NCBI GenBank assembly: GCA_964613625.1
Contig: CAZTIC010000002.1
Coordinates: forward strand, 1-45,044
Length of the DNA stretch: 45,044 nt
Source of the DNA: an uncultured Gammaproteobacteria bacterium
GTDB lineage: Bacteria; Patescibacteriota; Patescibacteriia; Patescibacteriales; CAZTIC01
Direction of reading: 5' to 3'
This document shows positions 1 to 9,007 of this stretch, in pieces. Each line of letters opens with the position of its first letter. Position 1 is the first letter of the stretch. The position numbers and the translations under genes are program-made. Below the pieces are notes generated by a model that saw only the letters and a list, made by a program, of their open reading frames with translations, ran no database searches and was not told the origin of the DNA.

Positions 1-11
1 TTTAAAAAAAT

Positions 12-194
12 ATGGCATATAAACAAAAAGACAAAAATATAAGAAAATTGGCTAAAGTTGGCGGAGGAAGCACCTATAGTGTAACTTTACCAATAGACGC
101 TATTCGAGAGTTTGGTTGGCAAGAAAAGCAGAGGGTGGTAGTGGAGGTGGATTCTAAAAACAAAAGATTAATTATAAAAGATTGGGTCAAATAA
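12..194 (+). CDS. AbrB/MazE/SpoVT-type DNA-binding protein (small regulator or antitoxin-like)
   Basis: 60-aa ORF with ATG at 12. The KVGGGSTYSVTLPIDAIREFGW...RLIIKDW pattern is typical of the SpoVT-AbrB looped-hinge-helix fold. Upstream context is cut by the window edge. Confidence 0.6.
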   Translation: MAYKQKDKNIRKLAKVGGGSTYSVTLPIDAIREFGWQEKQRVVVEVDSKNKRLIIKDWVK

Positions 195-197
195 TAA

Positions 198-234
198 CCC
201 CCTCTCATTTACAAGGAGAGGGCTGGGGTGAGGT
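198..234 (+). repeat. GC-rich hairpin plus GGGGTGAGGT tail, copy 1
   Basis: CCCCCTCTC (198-206) pairs with GGAGAGGG (215-222) across an 8-nt loop, followed by CTGGGGTGAGGT (223-234). The GAGGT sits 6 nt before ATG 241. Confidence 0.85.
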
Positions 235-240
235 AAAGTT

Positions 241-1290
241 ATGAAATTATTAATTCTAACTCAAAAAGTAGACAGCAATGATGACGTGCTTGGCTTTATG
301 CATGGTTGGATTGCAGAGTTTGCAGAACAGTGCGAACAGGTGACGGTTATTTGTTTATTTAAAGGTGAATATGATTTGCCTGAGAATGTGAAAGTTCTAA
401 GTCTCGGAAAAGAAAGCAGTAAATGTAAAATAAAATATTTGTTTAGATTTTATAAATATATTTGGCAAGAGAGGAATAATTACGACAAGGTTTTTGTTCA
501 TATGAATACCGAATATGTTTTATTGGGCGGATTGTTATGGAGGATGTTGAAAAAGAAAATTAGTTTATGGTATGCGCATGGCGAGGTGTCGCTTAAATTA
601 AAATTGGCTAGCAGATTGTCTCATATTATTTTTACATCTACTAAAAGTGGATGTAGACTTGATAGCGTAAAAGTTAAAGTAGTGGGACAGGGAATTAATA
701 TTAATAGATTTAGGACTAATAATTTAGAAATTAAGAATAATAATTTTAATATATTAACTGTCGGAAGAATATCGCCTGTTAAGGATTATGAGACAATGAT
801 TAAGGCGATGGAAGAGTTGAATAAGAGAGAAGTTAAATTTGTGCTTCAGATAATTGGTGGCGCAGGATTGCCTGAACAGGAAGAGTATTTGAAAAAACTT
901 AAAAAACAAGTTAATGATAATAATTTGGATCAGGTAATTAAGTTTTTAGGTCCTATTCCAAACAAAAATATTTTAAAATATTATCAAGAGGTAGATTTAT
1001 TTGTAAATACTAGTCACACTGGAAGTCTAGATAAGGTGATGCTTGAAGCCATGGCTTGCGACTTACCGGTCGTTACTTGTAATGAATCGATGAAGGAAGT
1101 TTTGGGAGAATACAAAAAGTATTTAATGTTTAATAAAAAAGATTATAAAACATTAAGTAATAAAATATATCAAATTATTCAATTAGAAAAAGGGGAGAGA
1201 GTGGAATTGGGAAGAAAATTAAGAGATATAGTAAAAAATAATCATAGCACAAAAGGGTTAATTAAAAAGATTGTTGATATATTGAAATAA
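241..1290 (+). CDS. Glycosyltransferase family 4 (GT-B fold)
   Basis: 349 aa. C-terminal GRISPVKDY ... FVNTSHTGSLDKVMLEAMACDLPVV resembles the GT4 E-x7-E region. Confidence 0.8.
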   Translation: MKLLILTQKVDSNDDVLGFMHGWIAEFAEQCEQVTVICLFKGEYDLPENVKVLSLGKESSKCKIKYLFRFYKYIWQERNNYDKVFVHMNTEYVLLGGLLWRMLKKKISLWYAHGEVSLKLKLASRLSHIIFTSTKSGCRLDSVKVKVVGQGININRFRTNNLEIKNNNFNILTVGRISPVKDYETMIKAMEELNKREVKFVLQIIGGAGLPEQEEYLKKLKKQVNDNNLDQVIKFLGPIPNKNILKYYQEVDLFVNTSHTGSLDKVMLEAMACDLPVVTCNESMKEVLGEYKKYLMFNKKDYKTLSNKIYQIIQLEKGERVELGRKLRDIVKNNHSTKGLIKKIVDILK

Positions 1291-1309
1291 TATTAGAGTT
1301 AAAATATAT

Positions 1310-1921
1310 ATGAGTGTTCAAAAATTTGAAAATGAAAGATGGGGAAAAAATAATCAAGAAATTTGTTTTAGGCATAGAGAAGCTTTAAAAATGATTAAAT
1401 CTGGGAAAGTATTAGATGTTGGTTGTGGTGATGGTTTGTTTTTGACAATGTTAAAAGATGTTGATTCTGAAGGTGTTGATATATCAAGAGAAGGGATTGA
1501 AAAATGCAGAGAGAAGGGATTAAAAGTTTCTTTATGTGATTTTTCAAAAGATAAATTGCCATTTTTAAATGACGAATTTGACAATGTTGTAGTACTCGAT
1601 GTTTTAGAACATCTTTATTTTCCAGAAAAATTATTAAAAGAAGCCAAGAGGGTTTCTAAAAGAAATATAATAATAAGTGTGCCAAATTTTAATTCTTTAC
1701 CTGCTAGAATTCAAATGTTTTTTGGTAGAATTCCAGAAAATAATACTGCACATAAGGGTCATGTTTATTGGTTTAATTTAAAAGTTTTAATGAAAATGTT
1801 AAATGATAGTGGTTTAAAAATAATTGATACAAAGATGAATACTTTTTGGGGACTGAATTTTCTTACCAAAATATTACCATCAATTTTCGCATTATCCTTT
1901 GTAATAAAATTAAAAAAATGA
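1310..1921 (+). CDS. Class I SAM-dependent methyltransferase (MetW-like)
   Basis: VLDVGCGDGLF motif I, then FDNVVVLDVLEHLYFPEKLLKEAKRVSKRNIIISVPN. The TGA stop overlaps the next start (ATGA at 1918-1921). Confidence 0.8.
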   Translation: MSVQKFENERWGKNNQEICFRHREALKMIKSGKVLDVGCGDGLFLTMLKDVDSEGVDISREGIEKCREKGLKVSLCDFSKDKLPFLNDEFDNVVVLDVLEHLYFPEKLLKEAKRVSKRNIIISVPNFNSLPARIQMFFGRIPENNTAHKGHVYWFNLKVLMKMLNDSGLKIIDTKMNTFWGLNFLTKILPSIFALSFVIKLKK

Positions 1922-2538
1922 AAATATACTCTATTATCCGAGACGAAGAGTACAAGAAATTAAGTGGTCTATCAATTGATGGTACTATTCTTGATCTCGG
2001 AGGTAATTTGAACTCTGAATATCATAAGTTGATTAAAGGCAAGCACAAGATTACTACAGTTAATATTAATTCAGAGCATGGGTGTGATATGGTTTTTGAT
2101 ATAGAAAAAACTTTTCCGATTGAAAGTGAGAAATTTGATGCAGTCTTGAGTATGAACGTATTGGAACATATTTATAGTTTTGATAATACTATATCAGAAA
2201 CATTTCGTATTTTAAAGAGAGATGGAGTTTTTATTTTTGCTGTACCTTTTATGCATCATATTCATGGTAGTCCTGATGATTATTTTCGATATACTCGTTC
2301 AGCGATCGAAAAAATGCTTCGAAAGCATAATTTTAATAATATAAAAATAGAAGAAATAGGACTTGGTTTATTTTCCTTGTTTTATCAATCTGCTTCTGGT
2401 GCGCTCCCTGTGTTTTTGAAATATATATTTAAAAATACCTCACTATTAATTGATAAGTTTCTTTATAGGTTTTTTAAGCGTTATCGAAATGTAACTAAGA
2501 GAATACCGCTTGGGTATTTTGTGGTTGCAAAAAAATAA
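1918..2538 (+). CDS. Class I SAM-dependent methyltransferase (Methyltransf_11-like)
   Basis: The track ORF starts at 1846, but the in-frame ATG at 1918 forms an ATGA overlap with the upstream stop. ILDLGGN and FDAVLSMNVLEHIYSFDNTISETFRILKRDGVFIF motifs. Confidence 0.75.
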   Translation: MKIYSIIRDEEYKKLSGLSIDGTILDLGGNLNSEYHKLIKGKHKITTVNINSEHGCDMVFDIEKTFPIESEKFDAVLSMNVLEHIYSFDNTISETFRILKRDGVFIFAVPFMHHIHGSPDDYFRYTRSAIEKMLRKHNFNNIKIEEIGLGLFSLFYQSASGALPVFLKYIFKNTSLLIDKFLYRFFKRYRNVTKRIPLGYFVVAKK

Positions 2539-2543
2539 TTATA

Positions 2544-3692
2544 TTATTTATTAATTAATTTTTGATATAACTCTAAATATTCATTATACATTTTTTCGTT
2601 AGAAAAATTGTTTACAATTTTGCTTCTCGCGTTTTTGCTCATATTATTATAATCGTCTTTTGACAAATTGAGAATATAATCAACGCCATTTTTTAAATCG
2701 TTTACATCATTATGCTTAGAGACATAACCTGTTTTTTTGTGTTTTGTAATCTCTGGGATTGCATCTATTTCGTGTGTAACTACAGGGGTGCCACATGCCA
2801 TTGATTCAGCGTTGATAAGGCCAAACGAATCTTCAATTGTTGGATTTAGGAAAATATCGGCACAAGAAAGATATTTTGCAAATAGAGCTCGATTTTGTGT
2901 CGATGGCAATGATAGACAGTTTTTGTTTGTTGTGTTGATTACTGAATGACCTACAGCCGTAAAGAAAATATTGTTATTATTTTTATATTTTTCGATTATT
3001 TTATTCGAGTTTTCCCAACCTTTTATTCCAAAGCCAACGATTTTTTTATTTTGTGGTAGACCAAGCTCTTTTCTTATAAGTGTTTTATTTTGTGGCCTAA
3101 AAATATCAATATCTATACCATTATAAATACGAGTTACACTTTGATTACAAAGAATACTTTTTTTTATTTCTTTTTTTATCCATTCTGATACGGCGACAAT
3201 GTGTAGTTTTGATTTATTATAGATTTTTTTCTTTGATTTTAGAAGATTAGCTGTGTTATCCCACAGATATAGTAAAAATTTCTTTTTATTAGGATTTTTT
3301 AGGGTAGCGCTATTGTTCGAAAACCCGGTGATTGCCCATATATCATGCATTGTCTAAACTACTGGTTTTAATTGAGACATTTTTTTTAGAGTTTTTAGGT
3401 CAAAAAAATTACTATGAAGATTGTGGCAATGAACAATATCAGCTTCTTTAAATTCTTTTGTTTTCAAAAGATAATTTGTCCAAGCAAATTTAAGATCATT
3501 TGCAAAAAGCTTAACTAGCCAGTCTTGATAGCGTTTTCTAGGAATTTCGAAAACATCAATTTCGTCTGAATATTTATATCGCACGAATGTGTTTACAGTA
3601 TGTCCATCAGCTTTTAGTCGTTTCCGAAGTTCCCACGAAACCAGGGCAGCACCTCCTTTGTTGTCTATTGTTCCTATTACAAATATTTTCAT
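2544..3692 (-). pseudogene. GT4 glycosyltransferase interrupted by one in-frame TAG (plus-strand CTA at 3354-3356)
   Basis: ORFs 3354..3692 and 2544..3350 are in the same frame. The minus strand reads CCA GTA GTT TAG ACA ATG CAT = P V V * T M H. Together they give a normal GT4 (N-terminal IVHCHNLH...KPVV | TMHDIWAITG; C-terminal NPTIEDSFGLINAESMACGTPVV). Confidence 0.7.
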
Positions 3693-4711
3693 AAATTATC
3701 AATAAAATCTTTGGCTAATTTTTTGGAGGTAAGTTTTTCTTTATAAAGCTCATGGCCTTGTTTGGCTATTTTTTCAAGTATTTCTGGATTGTTTTTTAAA
3801 TGAAGAATTTTTTCAGCCAGTTTATTTGAATTTGCTGGCTCTACAGCTAGACAAGTTTCATTCTCTTTTAATAGTTCGAGAACTCCAGTGTTCCTAGCGG
3901 TGAGATAGGGGAGTTTGAGTGCTAGGCTTTCAAAAAGTTTGCAAGGAAGAGTTCTGGATAGCCTTGGATGATTTGCCATTTGTCCCAAGCTGATATGACA
4001 GGCTAGCATTTTTTCACGCAATTCTTTTTCTGAAAATCTTTTTGTTAATAGAGTAAAGTTTTTTGGTTTTAGCTTGTTCATTAGTTCATTATATTCTTTA
4101 TGCAGGAAACCTACGCCGATAACAAGAAAATCTATGTTCTTGTCTTCTAATAGCTTTGCTGTTTTTACTACTGTCAGGATTCCGGATTCTGGTAAGAATC
4201 TACCTCTAAAAAGAACGGTAAATTTATCCATTTTTTTTATATTATTATCTACAAAAAAAACTTTTTCGTTTACACCTGCCCAAGCGCGAATAAGTTTTTT
4301 TTTGGGCACAAAGAAAAGTTTGTGAACATAATCAATTTGAGAGTTGCTTTCTAGAAGTATTTTTGAAGATAGCCAAAACGAAATAAAATCTTTTAGCCAC
4401 CATGTAATTTTTTTGTTTATTCCTCTAGATACAACATTTGCTTCATATTGTGAATAACCACCATTATATACTATTTTTTTGAAGAAAATTAATCTAATAA
4501 TTGGCACAAAATGAGGGGATGCAAGACCTATAATGACAGTATCGTAAAAACGTCTTTGTGGCCAAAATTTTCTTATAATTTTTATATATTTTCCAATACC
4601 TTGGCCTTTTTCTTCCACTTCAAATACTTCGTGACCATTTTTTCTCAAACCGTCGATAAGATGTCTATTTTGAGGGTATGAATTATTTGTGCTTATATAA
4701 TAAAACTTCAT
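3689..4711 (-). CDS. Glycosyltransferase, GT4/GT1-like (GT-B fold)
   Basis: 340 aa. FTVLFRGRFLPESGI ... KLFESLALKLPYLTARNTGVLELL. The stop overlaps the start of the downstream split GT4 (ATGA). Confidence 0.7.
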   Translation of the reverse strand: MKFYYISTNNSYPQNRHLIDGLRKNGHEVFEVEEKGQGIGKYIKIIRKFWPQRRFYDTVIIGLASPHFVPIIRLIFFKKIVYNGGYSQYEANVVSRGINKKITWWLKDFISFWLSSKILLESNSQIDYVHKLFFVPKKKLIRAWAGVNEKVFFVDNNIKKMDKFTVLFRGRFLPESGILTVVKTAKLLEDKNIDFLVIGVGFLHKEYNELMNKLKPKNFTLLTKRFSEKELREKMLACHISLGQMANHPRLSRTLPCKLFESLALKLPYLTARNTGVLELLKENETCLAVEPANSNKLAEKILHLKNNPEILEKIAKQGHELYKEKLTSKKLAKDFIDNL

Positions 4712-4820
4712 TATGTTTAAATATTTATAATAAATTGCTTCATTTTCTAAAGTTATATATAATAATAACTAGTTATATTAGTATATATAATACCATTTTT
4801 TTTACAAAAATGCATTAAAT

Positions 4821-5969
4821 ATGAAAAAAACTAAAAAATTATTTTTAATATTTCATGGGAGATTTCCGAGTGAAAAGGCGGCGTCTATATTTGTAGCAAA
4901 AAGCTGTGAAGCCTTTGCAGAAGAGGGTCTTGAAGTTGTTTTGCTTGTACCTAGGCGTATAGGTCGTTTTTCTGAAAATGCTTATGATTTTTATAATACA
5001 AAGAAAAATTACAAAATTATTTTTTTACCAACTATAGATTTGTTTTTTTTACGTATTTTTAAAAGTTTAGCTTTTAGATTGAGTTTAATTAGTTTTTCTT
5101 TTTTTTGTTTCGTGTATCTATTTTTAAAAGCTAATAAAAAAGATATTATTTACTCAAATGAAACATTGCCATTAATGTTGGCTTCGTATTTTTTCCAAAA
5201 TACATTTTATGAAATGCATGATTTTCCAGAAAAGAAATTATTTTTTTACAAAAAGTTATTTAAAAAACAAAGGTGGATTCTTGCTACTAATAGATGGAAG
5301 AAAGAAAAGTTAGAAAAAGATTTCAAAATAAATTCTGAAAAAATTATATATGAACCTAACGCTGTTGATTTGGAAGGTTTTGAAAATATTTCTAAGCTAA
5401 GTGCAAGGAAAAAGTTTAATCTGCCGTTAGAAAGGTTCACGGTAGTTTATGGCGGTCATTTATATGGTTGGAAGGGGGCTGATATTTTGGCAGAGGCAGT
5501 AAGTTATTTACCTAAAGACATATTGATTGTATTTGCTGGAGGAACATCTGAGGATACCAAGAACTTTAAAAAGAAATATTCTCACATTAAAAATATTATG
5601 ATTACAGGTTATGTTAGTCGTTCTGATATGTCTTATTGGCAAAAATTAGCTGATGTTTTAGTTTTGCCTAACACTGCTAAAGAAAAGATTTCTAAGTATT
5701 ATACTTCTCCTATGAAATTATTCGATTATATGGCCAGTGGTAATCCAATTGTTGCTTCTAACATCCCTTCGGTTTCTGAAATTGTAGATAATACGAACGC
5801 TATAATGTTTAGTCCAGATGATCCAAAAGATTTATCTGAAAAAATTATGTGGATTTTTGATAATCAAGAAAAAGCAAACATACTATCTGAAAAAGCATTA
5901 AAAGATGTAAAGAAACATTCTTGGCAAAATAGAGCAAAGAGGATAATAGAAATGTTTGATAATTTGTAG
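4821..5969 (+). CDS. Glycosyltransferase family 4
   Basis: 382 aa. GGHLYGWKGADILAEA ... SPMKLFDYMASGNPIVASN. Ends with TAG. Confidence 0.8.
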   Translation: MKKTKKLFLIFHGRFPSEKAASIFVAKSCEAFAEEGLEVVLLVPRRIGRFSENAYDFYNTKKNYKIIFLPTIDLFFLRIFKSLAFRLSLISFSFFCFVYLFLKANKKDIIYSNETLPLMLASYFFQNTFYEMHDFPEKKLFFYKKLFKKQRWILATNRWKKEKLEKDFKINSEKIIYEPNAVDLEGFENISKLSARKKFNLPLERFTVVYGGHLYGWKGADILAEAVSYLPKDILIVFAGGTSEDTKNFKKKYSHIKNIMITGYVSRSDMSYWQKLADVLVLPNTAKEKISKYYTSPMKLFDYMASGNPIVASNIPSVSEIVDNTNAIMFSPDDPKDLSEKIMWIFDNQEKANILSEKALKDVKKHSWQNRAKRIIEMFDNL

Positions 5970-5991
5970 TTTTTAATAAATAATATTATTT

Positions 5992-7365
5992 ATGTACAAT
6001 TTTTTTAAAAAGTATAAAATAGAAATAATTATTTTTTTGGTAGCCTTGATAGCAAGGTCTATATTTTTTTACGCAAGTTTTATCTCAAATAGTGGGGACT
6101 TAATAAATACTATTCATGGTTATGATGGATATTATGAGATAAGCAGAAATCTTGTTGATAATGGAGTTTTTTCTGTTGATAAAGAAGCTCCGTTTAGTCC
6201 TCATCCTCTTCGTCCACCCCTTTATTTATACTATCTCGCTGGAATATTATTTTTATTTAATAGTTATTGGTTTCTGGCAATTATTAATTTATTAATAGGT
6301 AGTTTTCTTCCGGTTTTGGGATATTTTATTATCAAGCAACTATTGCCTGAAAAAAAAATACCTTTAGTAGTTGGCTTGATGTTGGCGCTTGAGCCTTTTT
6401 CAATACTTTTGTCTGTAATTTTATATACAGAGGTATTTTTTATATTACTGTTTTTTATCTTTTTATTATTTTTATTTAAATATTTAGATAATCCTAGTTT
6501 GCGAAGAATTATTTGGACCTCTGTATTTCTGGGTCTAGCTACGCTTGTTAAGCCCACTACTCAATTTTTGCCAATAATTATTCCTTTTGTAATACTTTGG
6601 AGTTTTCGTAAAAATTTGTCAAAGAGATATATTTCGCATATTGCAATTTTTCTTATGACATTTTTATTAATTATTTCCCCTTGGATATATCGAAATTATA
6701 CTGCGTTTGGAAAAATTGGTATGACAGCTCAACCCGCTTTTAATTTGTATATATATTTTGCACCAACTGTATTATCTCTTGAGAAGGGGACTGAATATAG
6801 TTATGAACGAGATGAGCTAAAAAAGAGGGATGGAGTGGTTGGTAAGGAGATAAATTTGTCTAATAGTGATTTTTTTATCAAACGATCTTTAGATGAGATA
6901 AAGGATTATCCGGTAGGAATAGTTAAGTCTTTATCAATATCAGTTTTTACATTCTTTACTCATGACGGTATGCTAACTGTTTTTAAGCACCTTAATATAA
7001 GTGTCTCGGGAAGATTTCCCAAGCCAGTTTTTATGATGTTTTTTGACAATCCTATTTTATTCACCAAAACATTACATTCTATTATTTCGTTTCCCATGGT
7101 AGCTATTATTATTTCTAGAATTTTATGGTGTTTTATTACTTTGATGTCATTTCTTGGAGTTTTCGTTTATTTATGGAAAGAAAAATATTCTTCAAAAATT
7201 TTATTATCTATTTTTCTAGTGGTTTATTTTGCTGGAACTACCACTATTAATGGACTTGGAGTGAACGCTAGATTTCGTCAGCCAGTCACTTTGTTTATTT
7301 TTATGTTTGCTATCTATATGTTATTATATTTAAAGAAATTATTATTTAACAAAAAAATAAAATAA
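5992..7365 (+). CDS. Polytopic membrane glycosyltransferase, GT-C fold (ArnT/PMT-like, GT39/GT83-type)
   Basis: 457 aa with roughly 10-12 hydrophobic segments and an early acidic/aromatic loop (HGYDGYYEISRNLVDNG). Sits among glycan genes. Family assignment is from pattern only. Confidence 0.6.
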   Translation: MYNFFKKYKIEIIIFLVALIARSIFFYASFISNSGDLINTIHGYDGYYEISRNLVDNGVFSVDKEAPFSPHPLRPPLYLYYLAGILFLFNSYWFLAIINLLIGSFLPVLGYFIIKQLLPEKKIPLVVGLMLALEPFSILLSVILYTEVFFILLFFIFLLFLFKYLDNPSLRRIIWTSVFLGLATLVKPTTQFLPIIIPFVILWSFRKNLSKRYISHIAIFLMTFLLIISPWIYRNYTAFGKIGMTAQPAFNLYIYFAPTVLSLEKGTEYSYERDELKKRDGVVGKEINLSNSDFFIKRSLDEIKDYPVGIVKSLSISVFTFFTHDGMLTVFKHLNISVSGRFPKPVFMMFFDNPILFTKTLHSIISFPMVAIIISRILWCFITLMSFLGVFVYLWKEKYSSKILLSIFLVVYFAGTTTINGLGVNARFRQPVTLFIFMFAIYMLLYLKKLLFNKKIK

Positions 7366-7376
7366 TTAAATAGTTT

Positions 7377-8945
7377 ATGAAGAAAATATCGATTATTATT
7401 CCTTGCTATAATGAGCAAGCCACAATCAAAGAAATTATTAGGCAAGTAGAAGAAGTCTCTTTTTTAAATTGGGAAAAGGAAATTATTATTATTGATGATT
7501 ATTCTCGTGATGATACTCGAGAAATATTAAAAGACTATGAAGAACGAATAAAAATAATTTATCAAAATAAAAATGGTGGCAAAGGTACAGCAGTAAATAG
7601 GGGGATAGCTGAGTCAAGTGGTGACTATATAATTATTCAAGATGCTGACTTGGAATATAATCCGGCTGAAATTAAAGATATGATAATGGCTCTCGAAAAC
7701 AATAAAGGAGATGTTATTTATGGTTCTCGAAATTTACATTATCACAAAAGAGAAGGTTTTATTTTTTCTCGAATAGGAGCCTGGAGTATAACTAAGCTCG
7801 TTAACGTTCTTTATGGGGTGAGGCTTACAGATGTTTGGACTTGTTATAAATTATTTCCAAAGAAAGTAAAAGATGATTTTGTAAGCGGTGGTTTTGAAGC
7901 TGAGCTTCTTTTTACAACCAAAGTGCTTCGAAGAGGTTTAAATATTTCTGAAACGCCTATTTCTCATAATCCACGAGATAAAGAAAATGGAAAAAAGATT
8001 CGATATCGAGATGGATTTAAATCTATTTATGTTCTCTTGTTTGATAAATTAATCAATATTCATTCAGAAAAACAAAACAATAATTTCAAAGCAAAAGATG
8101 TTGCGTCATTACTTTGTTGCCCTGCTTGTAATAGTGATCTTAAAAAAGTAAATAATATTTTCAGATGTTCTTGTGATAGAGAGTATAAAATAGATAATTG
8201 TTCTCGTCCATTTTTAATAGCAAATAATATTTTTAACAAAAATAGTGAAGAGCATGAAACTGGAATAAATTGGTTAAAAAGTTTTTTGAAACAATTCCCT
8301 AGACTATATTATTTTATTTGGCATCTTTTTTGTCCGGTATTAATGCTTCAAAATGGACCAAGAAAAATACTAAAATATTTAAAAAATGAGCCAGTGTTAT
8401 TAGACGTTGGTTCTGGGCCAGAAAGATTGGGAGACGAGTTTATTAATGTTGATATTTATCCTTTTCCTGAAGTTGATGTTGTTGCTGATGTGATGAATTT
8501 GCCATTCAAGAGTAATTCTTGTGAGGGGGTAGTTAGTGAATCCTTGTTAGAACATGTAGAGTTTCCACAAAAAGTTACCAGAGAGATGGTAAGAGTAATA
8601 AAATCAGGAGGTTATTTATATATCAGTGCTCCGTTTATTCATCCCTATCACGCTTCTCCAGATGATTTTGGTAGATGGTCTATGAGTGGATTGAAATCTT
8701 TTTTTCCTGATCTCGAGATTGTTGAATCAGGAGTGCGTTCCGGGCCATGGAGTGCGTTTCTTATGTTTTTGGCCTATTGGCTGGGTAATATTTTTTCATT
8801 TGGTTTCAAAAAAATTGCTCCATTTTTAACTCATATGTTTATGTTGATTTTGGGGCCACTCAAATTTTTGGATTTTATATTTGCAAATATTTCTGGAGCA
8901 GAAGCAGTTTCAGCTCATCTTTATTTGATTGGTAAAAAGAAATAA
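7377..8945 (+). CDS. Fusion protein: GT2 glycosyltransferase + CxxC zinc ribbon + class I SAM methyltransferase + C-terminal hydrophobic segments
   Basis: N-terminus ISIIIPCYNEQATI ... IIIDDYSRDDT ... IIQDADLEYNP. Middle CCPACNSDL...FRCSC. C-terminus LLDVGSGPE ... VVSESLLEHVEFPQKVTREMVRVIKSGGYLYISAPF, then WSAFLMFLAYWLGNIFSFGF. Confidence 0.75.
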   Translation: MKKISIIIPCYNEQATIKEIIRQVEEVSFLNWEKEIIIIDDYSRDDTREILKDYEERIKIIYQNKNGGKGTAVNRGIAESSGDYIIIQDADLEYNPAEIKDMIMALENNKGDVIYGSRNLHYHKREGFIFSRIGAWSITKLVNVLYGVRLTDVWTCYKLFPKKVKDDFVSGGFEAELLFTTKVLRRGLNISETPISHNPRDKENGKKIRYRDGFKSIYVLLFDKLINIHSEKQNNNFKAKDVASLLCCPACNSDLKKVNNIFRCSCDREYKIDNCSRPFLIANNIFNKNSEEHETGINWLKSFLKQFPRLYYFIWHLFCPVLMLQNGPRKILKYLKNEPVLLDVGSGPERLGDEFINVDIYPFPEVDVVADVMNLPFKSNSCEGVVSESLLEHVEFPQKVTREMVRVIKSGGYLYISAPFIHPYHASPDDFGRWSMSGLKSFFPDLEIVESGVRSGPWSAFLMFLAYWLGNIFSFGFKKIAPFLTHMFMLILGPLKFLDFIFANISGAEAVSAHLYLIGKKK

Positions 8946-8960
8946 AATTTTTTATATAAA

Positions 8961-8990
8961 AAAATAGTTCCGAGTACTCGGAACTATTTT
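8961..8990. terminator. Perfect 30-nt palindrome, bidirectional terminator between convergent genes
   Basis: AAAATAGTTCCGAGT|ACTCGGAACTATTTT, with A-runs before and T-runs after. Core is CCGAGTACTCGG. Confidence 0.7.
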
Positions 8991-9007
8991 TATTTTTATT
9001 TAAATTT

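Noticed and set aside
1846-1917. N-terminal extension of the second methyltransferase (track start at 1846)
   Set aside because: It would overlap the upstream gene by 76 nt, and the extra 24 aa are low-complexity. The ATG at 1918 gives the common ATGA coupling.
3354-3356. Stop-codon reassignment (TAG or TGA read as sense) to explain the split GT4
   Set aside because: TAG ends 4821..5969, 40987..41958 and 42481..44391 at normal protein lengths. TGA ends 1310..1921 and 42089..42484. All three stops therefore behave as stops.
4712-4820. Specific promoter calls in the 109-nt divergent spacer (and similarly 12857-12990)
   Set aside because: Several TATAAT-like hexamers occur, but there are no convincing -35 partners. 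In sequence this AT-rich such matches are expected by chance.
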